From Malacoraja senta (taxonomy: Eukaryota), in contig JAXLNO010000203.1 of assembly GCA_038087875.1 (NCBI GenBank), positions 1 through 64,000 on the forward strand: a stretch of 64,000 bases of DNA, written 5' to 3'. The notes below the pieces were generated by a model. That model searched no databases, was not told the origin of the DNA, and saw nothing but the letters and a program-made list of their open reading frames with translations. Shown in pieces: positions 1-11,930 of this stretch (its first letter is position 1; every line of letters starts with the position of its first letter). A program made the translations under genes and the position numbers.

Positions 1-814
1 TTATCCGGTTTCGGTATAAGTATGATTGTAGATTCATTTAGAGTTTCTGGAAGTTTCTGTTGAGTATAAGTTTGTTTGTAAAGTCTCTGTACACGTGGAG
101 AAATCAGATCGTAAAATGTTTTATAAAATTCAGAGCTTAGACCATCAGGACCTGCGGCCTTTCCATTTTTTAAAGATCTAATTGACTCCTCGATGTCTTT
201 TACCGTAATAACTACATCTAGTTATTCTCTCTCTTTCTGATCTAGACCTGTAAGATTACATTTCTGTAGAAATGTTTCCATTCCTACTGGTTGTTCTGTC
301 GTTTTAGATGAATACAATTTTTGATAATATTGTAAAAATCTATCATTAATATCTTTAGGTAGTGTTAATGTTTCTCCCTTATCTGATCTAATTTTGTAAA
401 TTGTTTTTTTCCCGTCCTGTTTACGAAGTTGACGCGCCAATAGTTTTTGTGGTTTATCTCCAAATTCAAAATTTAATTGTTTTGTACGTTGATATAGTTT
501 TATTACTTGGTCTGAGTATATCTTGTTTAACTTATATTTCAGTACTGTAAATTTATTGTGTTTTACCATAGATGGTGCTATTGCATTTTCTATGTCTAAT
601 TGCCTTATTTCCGTTTCCAAAGACTGTTGTTTGGCCCTATTCTCTTTGTTAATAAATGATTGGGAGGAGATTAATGCTCCTCGCACAAATGCTTCAAATG
701 TTTCCCAAAGAAGGGAGGCGGAGATTCCAGGGCTGTCATTTGCCTCGAAAAACATATTAATCTGTTTTACGAGGTATACATTACATAGCTTTTCTTTCAA
801 GATTTGGGGGTTAA
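1..814 (-). mobile_element. L1-clade LINE ORF2 fragment, 5'-truncated at ~814 and running off the left edge; disrupted
   Basis: ORF 222..800(-) aligns by eye with ORF2 of the L1 at 3900-7711 (FEFGDKPQKLLARQLRK; GKAAGPDG motif further along). Homology stops at the F-N-P-Q-I-L codons near 814. Confidence 0.9.
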
Positions 815-817
815 GTC

Positions 818-915
818 GGTTTAGATGTGTTTACAGGGTGTTTACATAGGTGTACAGGAGTTTACAAGCGTTTATAGGTATTTATATGGGGTTAGAGGGT
901 TTACAGGGGTTTACA
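818..915 (-). repeat. Short block of the 10-bp satellite A in inverted (G-rich on +) orientation
   Basis: ggtttagatgtgtttacagggtg...gggtttagagggtttacaggggtttaca is the reverse complement of degenerate CCCCTCTAAA units. Confidence 0.75.
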
Positions 916-1792
916 TACCGACTTGATTCCGCCCATGTGATAGACGTATGCAACTGCTGTGGTGTTATCAATCTGGAGCTGAACATGCAAATCATGCATA
1001 GTAGAACAATACACTTTTAAGCCATAGAATGCTCCCAGCAATTCTATATAGTTAATACCATGCGCCTGAAGAATTAATGCCTCATGCACATTCCATCTGC
1101 CGCCGCAGCTAGAATTGGTATCAGTGGCTCCCCATCGGAAGGCACTCACATCAGTTTTTAAAACAACTGAAGGTTGATTAGCCAGAATTTTAATAGAGCA
1201 ACGTGAAACATTCGTTATCCACCACTGTAACTCAGTAATGGCTTCAACTGGCAACCGCATGAGTCTATCGAAATCACCTGCATGTGTTTTGAGTGCCTGT
1301 TCCTTAGCACGTTGCAAATTTTGACCGTGTAAAGGCCCAAATTGTACTCCGGGGAAAGCAGGCACTAATTTGCCAATTACACTAGCCACTCGTCGAATGG
1401 AGGATTGCTGCTCGTCAACAAGATTGGTACAAGCTTCCATTAATTTTAATCTCTTGCTTCTGGGCAGAGACACTAACATGTGAGTTGAATCAATGGTGAC
1501 CCCAAATAATCAATGATTCTAGATGGTATCAATTTTGATTTAGCTGGAGTGATGAGAAACCCCAACTTCTAAAACGTATGTTTAGTGACTGACAAAGACA
1601 ATTCAGCTGATTCCTGAGTCTTGCCTATGATTAGAACATCATCTAAATAGGCCATCACAATATGACTCTGAGCCCAGAGTAAACCCAACACCGGTTTCAA
1701 CAACTGTGTAAATAGTCTAGGAGCTGAGGTTAACCCATTAGGCAATGCTTTAAACTGCCAAAATTGTCTCATCCAGCTAAATTTCAAATATC
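916..1792 (-). pseudogene. DIRS pol (RT C-terminal half plus RNase H), frameshifted and truncated
   Basis: ORFs 1569..1787 (YLDD) and 901..1479 (RNase H motifs). Confidence 0.85.
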
Positions 1793-1916
1793 GTACTTCC
1801 GGTGGCGCTATGGAGGCTTCAGTCCAGCGCCAACTAGCTCCGTGCCGAAGAAAACTAAAACGGGAGTAAATCGGGTCTTACCTGCAGCGATCGCGATCTG
1901 AACGGCTGCCTGCCGC

Positions 1917-2927
1917 GTGACGTCATCAGGAGCGCGACTTGGACGGTATGTCGACACAACGTTCCCCCCCTCCCGTGGGACACAAAAAAAACCGCCTAAA
2001 GGGAAACCCCAACCGATGGAAGAGGAAGGCCCAACTGAGGCCTCGGCCTCAGGTACAATGACTGCCCAGGAAGACCCTCCGAAGAAAACAAAGCAGAAAA
2101 AGACTGAAATGGATGATCTTAAAGCTTTTCTCGCTGCAGAATTGAAATCCTTTGGAGTGAATTTTAAAGAGGATTTTAAAGAGGAACTTAACTCTTTTAA
2201 GGTAGATTTTAAAGCAGAAATGCTTTCTACCGTTCAAGAAATACTGGAAGTCTGGAAGAGGTCGAGGGAGGAAGAGGTCGAGGAACAGATGGAAGTGCTG
2301 GAATCAAGGCTCGTTTCGGTGGAAGCGAGCGTTAAAATGGAGGTGGCCCCCATTCATCAAGAACTCGAACAACATAGAACAGCGATAACCGAACTTGAGA
2401 AATGGGCGGCGACAAGTGGGGAAACTGTAGGTCGACTCATTATTGAAAACCAACGCCTCATCGATATGGTGATCAAATTAAGTGATAAATGTACTGATTT
2501 GGAGGGGCGTCAAAGACGTAAGAATCTAAGAATTGTAGGGGTGAAAGAAGGAAGTGAGAGGGAAATGGGCCCTCGGGATTTTGTGGCAGACCTACTACAA
2601 AAAGTCTTAAATTTGGATCAAAAACCTTTACTCGGGCGAGCTCATAGAGCGCAGCGGCGTCGTACACAAGATGATGCCCATCCAAGACAAATTATCGTAA
2701 AGGTGCAACTGGATCATGAATTTGACGAAATAATGAAGAAAATTGTCCGAGGCGGACAGCTCCATTTTGAAGGTGTGAGGTTCAGTATCTACCGAGATTA
2801 TCCGGCAGAGGTCTTCAAGAAAAGGGCGCTGTTCACTGAGACAAAAAGAATACTGAAGAATGTACCTGATTTGAGATACGGCCTGCTCTACCCCGCAAGA
2901 CAAGGAGCAATTTTTTACAGACCATGA
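1917..2927 (+). pseudogene. L1 ORF1p (coiled coil plus RRM/CTD); start uncertain, C-terminus frameshifted
   Basis: DLEGRQRRKNLRIVGVKEG, RAHR, IYRDY and YGLLYPA motifs typical of L1 ORF1p. Confidence 0.85.
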
Positions 2928-3434
2928 AAAAGCACTGGAATTCGCCAAAGAAATTGGGAACGTGACCGCAGACTGAAGAATTTACATTACTCTTCAGGAG
3001 TCAAGGATTAACGGGACCGCCAGATCTAAAAGGATCTTTAAAGTTATTTTAAGAGCTTTAAGGACATTTGGAAACCGAATGGACGGTGGACATTGGAGAA
3101 AACCGTTTTTTTTTTTATTATTATTTTTTTTTTAAATTTTAATTTTTTTTAAATATTTTTATTAATCACTATTATTATCTGTATATTCATATCTAACTAT
3201 ATATGTAATAACTAATACTTATTAAATATCTATATTACTACTAAAATTATTAACATTTATATTACTCATAAAAATTTAATACTGGGTATGATTGATAACA
3301 ATGATTAATAACTAATTATCTCTAAATTTAAAATTAAATTTATAGATTTAGCGAGGATATTAATATGATATGTAGAGTATAACAACATTATGAATTTATG
3401 CTGTTCTTGGACTTTTCTGCAGGGATGCGTGCTT

Positions 3435-3530
3435 GTGTATGTATACATGTGGGTATATATATATGTATATATATGTATGTGTATATATATATGTATGTGT
3501 GTGCGTATATGTGGGTGTGTATATATGTTT
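3435..3530 (+). repeat. Imperfect (TA/TG)n microsatellite in the L1 #1 inter-ORF spacer
   Basis: gtgtatgtatacatgtgggtatatatatatgtatatatatgtatgtgtatatatat... Confidence 0.8.
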
Positions 3531-3899
3531 GTTACTCCCAAAGAAATTATTTGATTATTAGAAATAATCTTCTTTTTTTTCGGCACGGAGCTGGGAATTT
3601 TTTTTTTACAAAGGCTACGGAAGTCTTTAGAATTCTAGCCACGTTAGTGTGGCTATCACTAACTACACCAATTGTAGTAGTTTTTTTTCTTTCACCCTAT
3701 ACTAACCAATTCTATCACTTTTTTCACTTTAAATATTTTTATAACTTAATTTTTGAATAGAAAAACAAGAATAATACAAGGAGATGTGTTCGGAAGAACG
3801 ATGTATATGATTTTAAATTCATCTATTTGAGGGTCAGGAGCAAGGTCAGGTTTTATGTGTTGCACCTTCTGCTCGGTTATAGACCACCTTAGAAATAAT

Positions 3900-6800
3900 A
3901 TGCAAGATGTTAATATGACAAGAGCGGGTCAGGGAATAACATTTTGTAGTTGGAATGTCAAGGGAATCAATGAACCAATTAAGAGAGGTAAAGTCTTGGC
4001 ACATCTAAATTTAATCAAAGCAGATATTATATTCCTTCAAGAAACACACCTTAAAAAGGAATCCCAACATAGACTTAAAGCTAAGTGGATCGCTGAATCA
4101 TATCATTCCTCCTTTTCCCATAAGTCCAGAGGAGTTTCCATATTAATTCGTAAACGAATACCTTTTACGAATTTATCAACAATAGCAGATATTGATGGTA
4201 GATATATTATATTAGTTGGAGAGCTAAATGGAGAAAAAGTGATTCTTCTGAATGTATATGGGCCTAATTTTGATAACCCTATGTTCTTTAATAAAACATT
4301 TAATAAAATTCCTGAATTTACACAATATAAATTAATAATTGGAGGAGACTTCAACTGTACATTAGATTCATACTTAGATAGATCATCAAGGCAAAAAAAA
4401 GTCAAATCTCAATCAAGTGTATTTCTAAATTCATTTATTAATACCACTAATATTAAGGATGTCTGGAGAATAGAAAATCCAACTGGACGGGAATATTCAT
4501 TTTACTCTCCAGTACACAAAACATACTCAAGAATAGATTATTTTTTAGTTGACTCCACGTTTATCCCTTTTACTTATAACTCAAAATACCATAATATTAT
4601 AATCTCAGACCACGCACCTGTACCATTTATGATTAAATTAAATGGAATGTCCGAGAAACAAACATATTGGAGATTTAACCCACAAATCTTGAACGAACGA
4701 TCATGCCAGGAATACATTATTAAACAGATTCAAATATTTTTTGAGGTAAATGATAACCCTGACACACCTACTTCTCTTATGTGGCAAACGTTTAAAGCGT
4801 TTGTTCGAGGTGCATTAATCTCTGCTCAAGTATTTTATAATAAAGAGAACAGGATTAAACAACAAACATTGGAAAGGGAAATCAAACAACTAGATTTAGA
4901 CAACGCGAGAACGCCATCTATTTCAAAACATAATAAAATTGATGTATTGAAATATAAATTAAATAAAATGTATTCAGAACAAGTAATAAAACTTTATCAA
5001 AAAACCAAACAATTACATTTTGAATTTGGAGACAAACCACAAAAACTATTAGCACGTCAGTTACGAAAAATGGAAGGGGAAAAAATAATTCATAAAATTA
5101 GAACAGAGACAGCAGAATTATTAAAAATGCCCAAGGACATAAATGAAAGATTTCTCCAATACTATCATAACCTTTATTCAACTAAAACTGTAACACAAAC
5201 GGAAGGAATAGCAGATTTTTTACTAAAATGTAATCTAAAAGGTTTAGATTCAAATGATAGAGAATTATTAGAAAGGGAGATTACGATAAAGGATATTGAG
5301 GAGTCTATTGGCTCTTTAAAAAATGGTAAAGCAGTAGGACCAGATGGTTTAGGCTCTGAATTTTATTAAAAACATTATGACTTGCTATGCCCACGTTTAC
5401 AAAGGCTGTATGAGCATATCTATACTCAACAGAAACTCCCAGATACTTTAAATGAATCTATAATAACACTTATTCCTAAAGCTGATAAAGATCCGGAAGA
5501 TCGGGGATCATATAGAGCAATTGCACTTTTAAATACAGATCAGAAACTATTAACTAAAATACTAGCGCATAGATTAAGTACAGTGATGAATAAAATAAAA
5601 CCTGACCAAACAGGCTTTATTCAGAAACGGTACTCATATTATAATCTAAGAAGATTATTTAATATTATTTATTCTATGAGAATTATTAATGAAGATCTAG
5701 CAATAATCTCACTCGATGCTGAAAAAGCATTTGATCAGGTTGAATGGTCTTATTTATTTTCAGTGATGGAAAATATGCAACTAGGGGAGAAATTCTGTAC
5801 ATGGATAAAACTGTTATATACAAATCCTACGGCTAGAATATTAACAAATCAAAGGTTGTCATCAAAATTCAGCCTATCTAGAGGTTGTAGACAAGGATGC
5901 CCGTTATCTCCATTATTATTTGCTTTAGCTATTGAGCCACTTGCAGAAAGAGTTAGGGGTCATCCGGAAATATATGGGTATATCACAAAGGACACAGTGA
6001 ATAAAATTTCTCTATACGCAGATGATGTACTAATTTACATTACAAAACCAGAAATTAGTATTCCAAACTTATTAGAGCTAATAACCCAATTTGGTTCACT
6101 CTCAGGATACAGAATAAATTGGAATAAAAGTGAAATTATGCCAATAAGGGAACATAACAAACACATAATACAACAATTTCCATTTAAAATAGTAAACGAA
6201 AAATTTAAATATCTAGGTATCTATGTAACTAAGATATATACATCATTATTTAAAGCAAATTTTCCCCCACTACTGAATAAACTACATAAGAATATTCAAT
6301 ACTGGAAAACACTTCCTATCTCAATGATTGGCAAAATAAATGCCATAAAAATGATTTTTTTACCGCAAATATTATACCTTTTTCAGACAATTCCGATATA
6401 TTTGTCAAAAAACTTTTAAAAAAAATTGGACTCTATTGTTAATGATTTTATCTGGGATTATAAGAATCATAGGATAAACAAAATACATTTGTGTAAATCA
6501 AAAATAAATGGAGGTTTGGTTTTACCCAACTTTCTGTTTTATTTTTGGGCAGTTAATATTAAAAATATGAATTTCTGGTTGGAAGAAATAGAACAACAAC
6601 CAGATTGGTTAAAAATGGAAAAGGAAGATTGTTTGCCTTTTGATATCGGTTCGATATTATTTGCTACATCTAAATTAAACAAAACAAATTATAGGGAAAA
6701 CCCTATAATATTTAGTGCCATACGAATTTGGAAACAATTAAAAAAGACATTAAAATTAGATAATTTATCACTTTTTCTCCCAATTGTGGATAACCCTTTG

Positions 6801-7711
6801 TTTAAACCCTCATGGCTGGGCAGGGGTTTTACACAATGGAAGAATTATGGAATTAAAAATATGGGACAACTTTATAAGGAAGGCACCTTTACTGACATTT
6901 CAGGAGTTGCAACAGACTTATGGACTTCGAGGAAATGATTATTTCAGATATCTTCAACTCAGAGATTATGTAAAATCGAATACTCAAAACTTTCGATTTA
7001 GAAATTCAGAAATTCTTGACGAATGTTAGAATAAACATCCTAATACAGAAAAATTAATATCTTATACATATAATATCTTATTAGACAGTGACATTCCATC
7101 GACGGACTTACACAGACAAACATGGGAAAAAGAATTAAATCAAATAATAACGAAAGATACTTGGGAAGAAAGTTTACAACATATACATCAATGTTCATTA
7201 AATGCCAGATTCTTTAATACAATTTAAAGTAATACATAGATTTCATTATTCAAAAACAAAATTACATAAAATCTTTCAACATATCTCACCTATATGTGAT
7301 AAATGTCAACATTTAGAAGCCACCTTATCTCATATGTTTGCAAACTGTACAAAAATTAAAAAATTCTGGGTAAATATTTTTAGTATAATATCTAAAGTGA
7401 CCAGCACACAAGTGGACCCGGATCCAAAATTTATAATACTTGGAACATCAGAATTAAATCAAACATTTACAACAACACAAAGAAACTTTATTGATTATAG
7501 TATAATAACAGGAAAAAAATTAATTCTAAAATTTTGGAAAGGCCCTACGGCCCCCACAATCAAAATGTGGATTATAGAAATGACGGAGACCTTAAACGTG
7601 GAAAGAATCAGATTTTCCCTGTTGGACAAACAGGAATTATTCGTTGGAACATGATCTCCCTTTATTGATTATTTAAAGGGTCAGAATGGTTCAGCACGGG
7701 AACCTGACTAA
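3900..7711 (+). pseudogene. L1 ORF2p (APE endonuclease, RT, CCHC) with several stops and frameshifts
   Basis: SWNVKG, LQETH, GGDFN, RIDY, SDH; RQGCPLSP, YADD; CDKC..H....C. Broken at about 5367, 6417, 6890, 7027, 7205 and 7652. Confidence 0.93.
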
Positions 7712-8960
7712 TGCTTGGGCTAAAAAATGGATGAAATGCTATATTCTGAAATGTACGAATATATCTCGAATGAAGTTTTTTATTTTAATAAATGTTTCCA
7801 CTCTTCTTTAACTATCTTTCTCTTTTTTTTGTGTTTTTTTTTTTTTTTTTTTTTTTTCTCTCTTTTTCTTCTCTTTCTTTTCTTTCATCTATCTTTTTAG
7901 TTATATCTAGTTTAAAATTAAAAAAAAAAAAAGGCAAAAGGTATTGGAGACAATGTAATAATAATTGATAATATTATCAATTAAAAAATGTAAGACTGTA
8001 ATGATGTTAATAGGTTGTGTACTTATCTCCAATAAAAAATATTTTCAAAAAGAATCTCCGGTGATCGTATTGAATTGGCACTGAATAATACGCTTCTTTC
8101 AGATCTATACATGCCATATAACATCCTTTGGATACCAATTGTTTAGCAGTAACAAAAGTTTCTATTTTGAAATGTTTATACTGGACATAGGAATTAAGTC
8201 GAGTTAGATCAAGAATGATTCGACACCCACCATCCTTCTTTTGTCTATGAAAAATATTAGACACAAATTGATGAGATTGATGAACCGACTTCTCAATTAC
8301 TCTTTTTTAAGTAAGGTTTTAATTTCAGCGTTTGCCTGTAAAGATTCTGATTATGAAAACACCAATGTCCGACTCGGTGTATGTTGTGTGGGTGGACGCA
8401 ATTTAAAAATGAACTCAATTCGGAACACCTGAAGATCTCCAGTATAAACGAATCTGATGTTATGCAGCACCATTCAATGAAGAACAACTGCAATCTACCC
8501 CCAACTTGTGACTGCTCCATATATGACATGTCCTGAACCGAACCAGATCCACCTACCTCCATAATCGCTGGTGGATACCTTTGCCTCCGAGCTCTGGAGG
8601 GAATAAGTGTTGGGGTACGCCAATTGCGCACAGATGGCAGAGCCCGGCTTTGTCCTTGACCCGAACCAGCCTCAGTGAACCGTCTACAGTGGTGCAATCG
8701 GCGAAACGGTCTTTTACCGGTCGATTGTGCTTTAATGAGACCGACCGTCTTCGCCTCGTCATCCAGTTCTCTGACCTGTTTTGACAGATCCTCACCGAAC
8801 AACAGGTTCGGCGGCTGCACATTGGTTGTTTTGCACAAAGCTGCAAACTTTGGGTTGAGAGTTGGTCTTATTGCACTTTTCCGTAGACAATTTATTTCGA
8901 AAACTGCATTGCACATATGTGCCAAAGTATCCTGCTAAATATCAGACAGGGGCGCCCCCA

Positions 8961-10839
8961 GTCAAGTCAAGTCAAGTGAGTTTATTGTCATGTGTCCCTG
9001 ATAGGACAATGAAATTCTTGCTTTGCTTCAGCACAACAGAACATAGTAGGCATTGACTACAAGGCATTCTATAAATATATACACACATGAATCACTATAC
9101 TGATAAAGTGCAAATAACAGTATTGGCTAATAAAGTTCAGTGTTATGTCCGAGCCAGGTTTAACAGACTGATGGATGTGGGGAAGTAGCTGTTCCTGAAC
9201 CTGGTCGTTGCAGTCTTCAGGCTCCTGTACCTTCTACCTGAAGGTAATAATGGATTGGATTTATATAGCGCTTTTCTAATACTCAAGGCGCTTTACATCG
9301 CATTATTCATTCACTCCTCAGTCACACTCGGTGGTGGTGAGCTACTTCTATAGCCACAGCTGCCCTGGGGCAGTCTGACGGAAGCGTGGCTGCTAATCTG
9401 CGCCTACGGCCCCTCCGACCACCACCAATCACTCACACACATTCACACACATTCACACGCAGGCAAAGGTGGGTGAAGTGTCTTGCCCAAGGACACAACG
9501 ACAGTATGCACTCCAAGCGGGATTCGAACCGGCTACCTTCCCGTTGCCAGCCGAACACTTAGCCCATTGCGCCATCTGTCGTCCTAGGGAGATGAGTGTG
9601 TGGCCAGGATGGTGTGGGTCCTTGATGATACTGCCAGCCGTTTTGAGCCAGCGACTGTGATAGATCCCCTCGATGGAAGGGAGGTCAGAGCCGATGATGG
9701 ACTGGGCAGTGTTTACTACTTTTTGTAGTCTTTTCCTCTCCAGGGCGCTCAAGTTGCCGAACCAAGCCACGATGCAACCGGTCAGCATGCTCTCTACTTT
9801 GCACCCGTAGAAGTTAGTCCTCCTTGACAAACCGACTCTCCGTAATCTTCTCAGGAAGTAGAGGCGCTGATGTGCTTTCTTAATAATGGCATCAATGTTC
9901 TCGGACCAGGAAAGATCTTCAGAGATGTGCATGCCCAGGAATTTGAAGCTCTTGACCCTTTCAACCATCGACCCGTTGATATAAACGGGACTGTGGGTAC
10001 CCATCCTACTCCTTCCAAAGTCCACAATCAGTTCCTTTGTTTTGCTGGTGTTGAGGGCCAGGTTATTGTGCTGGCACCATATGGACAGTTGCTCGATCTC
10101 TCTTCTATACTCTGACTCATCCCCATCAGTGATACGTCCCACAACAGTGGTGTCGTCAGCGAACTTGATGATGGAGTTCGCACTATGTCCGGCTACGCAG
10201 TCATGAGTATAGAGTGAGTACAGCAGGGGGCTGAGCACGCAGCCTTGAGGTGCTCCCGTGCTAATTGTTATCGAGTCTGACACATTTCCACCAATACGAA
10301 CAGACTGTGGTCTGAGAGTGAGGAAGTCGATGATCCAATTGCAGAGGGATACGCAGAGACCCAGTTCTGCGCGTTTGGTAACCAGCTTGGAGGGGATGAT
10401 TGTGTTAAATGCCGAGCTGTAATCGATGAATAACAGCCTCATATGAGTCTTTGTTGTCCAAGTGGTCCAGAGCGGAGTGGAGGGCCAGATTTTTGTCGAG
10501 TTGATCTGCGTCATGATCAACCTCTCAAAGCACTTCATCACCACAGGCGTTAGTGCCACAGGTCGATAGTCATTGAGGCATGACACCTTACTCTTCTAGG
10601 GCACTGGTATAATTGATGCCCTTTTGAAGCAGGTGGGAACCTCAGACCTCAGAAGTGAGAGGTTGAAAATGTCCGTAAAAACTCCAGCCAGTTGGTCCGC
10701 ACAGGTTTTTAGAACACGACCAGGTATACCATCAGGTCCAGGCGCTTTTCGAGGGTTCACCCCTCTGAAGGATTTCCTGACGTCGGCCTCTGTGACTGAG
10801 ACTGAAATACCATCACAGCGAATGGGGAGGTGGGAATCA
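8961..10839 (-). mobile_element. Rex1/Babar-type LINE, 5'-truncated, inserted in DIRS gag
   Basis: RT ORF 9453..10586: [52 protein letters not shown]. (TTGAC)n tail at 8961-8976. Approximate TSD gcccc(c)a. DIRS gag VDGA|PLSD rejoins across it. Confidence 0.9.
9247..9584 (-). mobile_element. tRNA-derived SINE with L2-like 3' tail, inserted in the Rex1 element
   Basis: Minus strand has Pol III A box TGGCGCAATGG, B box GGTTCGAATCC, central gtccttgggcaagacacttcacc, and tail gtaaagcgccttgag..aaagcgctatataaat. Confidence 0.85.
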
Positions 10840-11723
10840 GCCCCATCGACTGATCTTGCAAATGCAGTAATGCCTGACCCAAGCAGCTTTAAGATCTTTT
10901 GGATCCTTAACTCCTGGGCTCTGATGCTTGCACCCATGTGCCCCCAAATGGCATGGTTAACAGTAGGCACTTTTATTGAGGCACAGTTGGTAGGTGTCTC
11001 ATATTTGTCTGTTGTTTCTTCCATCGTTAAATCCTGTAACTGATGGGAAGGCATATCATTTATGGTTCTGGCCAGGTCTTCGTCCAACGGCTCACCAGTT
11101 CCTGTTGGTATGGCGAATTTAGATGCCATGTCCGGCACCCCTGGCCCTTGGCTCTCATGCCTTGGGGTATGCTGCTCCGCAATACCTCCAACCTCAGGGT
11201 CAGAACAAAACTGCCCCGGTAAGCTCACCACCTCTATGAGTGAGATATTATGCAGCCCTTCTAAAGGTGCTGCTGCCATGGGCCCCCAAGAAGACCCGCG
11301 GATATAAGGCTCCTCTTCATGGAGCAGATCTCCTCTATACAGCCTTCCAGTAGAGGCTGCTGCCACGGGCCCATGGGGTGACCCACGGATATAAAGTTCC
11401 TCCAGGAACATGTCATGATAGAGCATCCTCTCCATCAGGTGCTCCATCTTTGCTAGACGTCCACAGACGTCGCTGATAGTGGGAGGAGAATCCTCCTGGC
11501 CCGACTCATCAGAGTCCACGGGCCTTACTGATTGTTTGGTGGCTTTTCTCTCCACAGGAGTAGCCATGGTGCTGTCAATCGGCACCTGAACAGCTGCCAC
11601 TCGCCGGACTGCCAGCGGCTCAGAAGGTGAAATGGGCGCCCGCCCACTGTCCGCACTCCCGCGGTCTTCTCCAGCTGTTTTCCCGGCGGCGCGCCTCAGC
11701 CTTCCTTTCACCGGCTTCTCCAT
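10840..11723 (-). pseudogene. DIRS gag/ORF1 N-terminal part (continues at 8960-~8590)
   Basis: [25 protein letters not shown].. and, after the Rex insertion, LRKSAIRPTLNPKFAALC..LLFGEDL, which is DIRS gag-like. Confidence 0.75.
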
Positions 11724-11930
11724 AGTCCTGCTAGCTCCTGTAAACCAGACTTACAGACCGCAAAAGACGACCACAGTGAGTTTTTAAAAACTTACCTGCG
11801 GGTTTTTAACTTAGCGCTGATGGAGTTGCGCCCTGCAAGCCCGTCGTTGCGCCATGCGTCTGATGTAATGACGCGCATGCGCCCTGGCGGGGCTTCTTCA
11901 CGGAATCACTCACGTGACTCCGAAGTAAAA

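Larger units (their letters stand above)
1793..8053 (+). mobile_element. Full-length L1-clade LINE (L1 #1), defective, inserted in the DIRS RT
   Basis: 5' end acttccggtggcgc; ORF1, ~950-bp spacer, ORF2, T-rich 3' UTR, AATAAA near 8031. The DIRS codons HRR/YLKFSW rejoin across the insertion. Confidence 0.93.
916..11930 (-). mobile_element. DIRS1-like tyrosine-recombinase retrotransposon, 3'-truncated (no YR or right terminus), split by L1 and Rex1 insertions
   Basis: 5' terminus ttttacttcggagtcacgtgag at 11930. Gag-like pieces at 11723-10840 and 8960-~8590. RT pieces KKDGGCRIILDLTRLN..IDLKEAYYSVP (8264-8054) resume as KFSW..LPNGLTSAPRLF..YLDD (1792-1570). DIRS-type RNase H: TDVS..WGA..INYIELLG..QIDNTTAVAY..GG. 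Confidence 0.88.

Noticed and set aside
3305..3760. ORFs 3305..3586(-) and 3398..3760(+) as an extra L1 ORF
   Set aside because: They are translations of a TA/TG microsatellite and AT-rich spacer, with no counterpart in L1 #2.
9510..9584. tRNA gene
   Set aside because: The A and B boxes belong to the SINE head; there is no acceptor stem or full cloverleaf, and the sequence continues into the SINE body.
10596..11723. 375-aa ORF as a novel gag-RT fusion protein
   Set aside because: It is a chance in-frame junction of DIRS gag with the 5'-truncated Rex1 insertion at ~10840; it stops at 10596.
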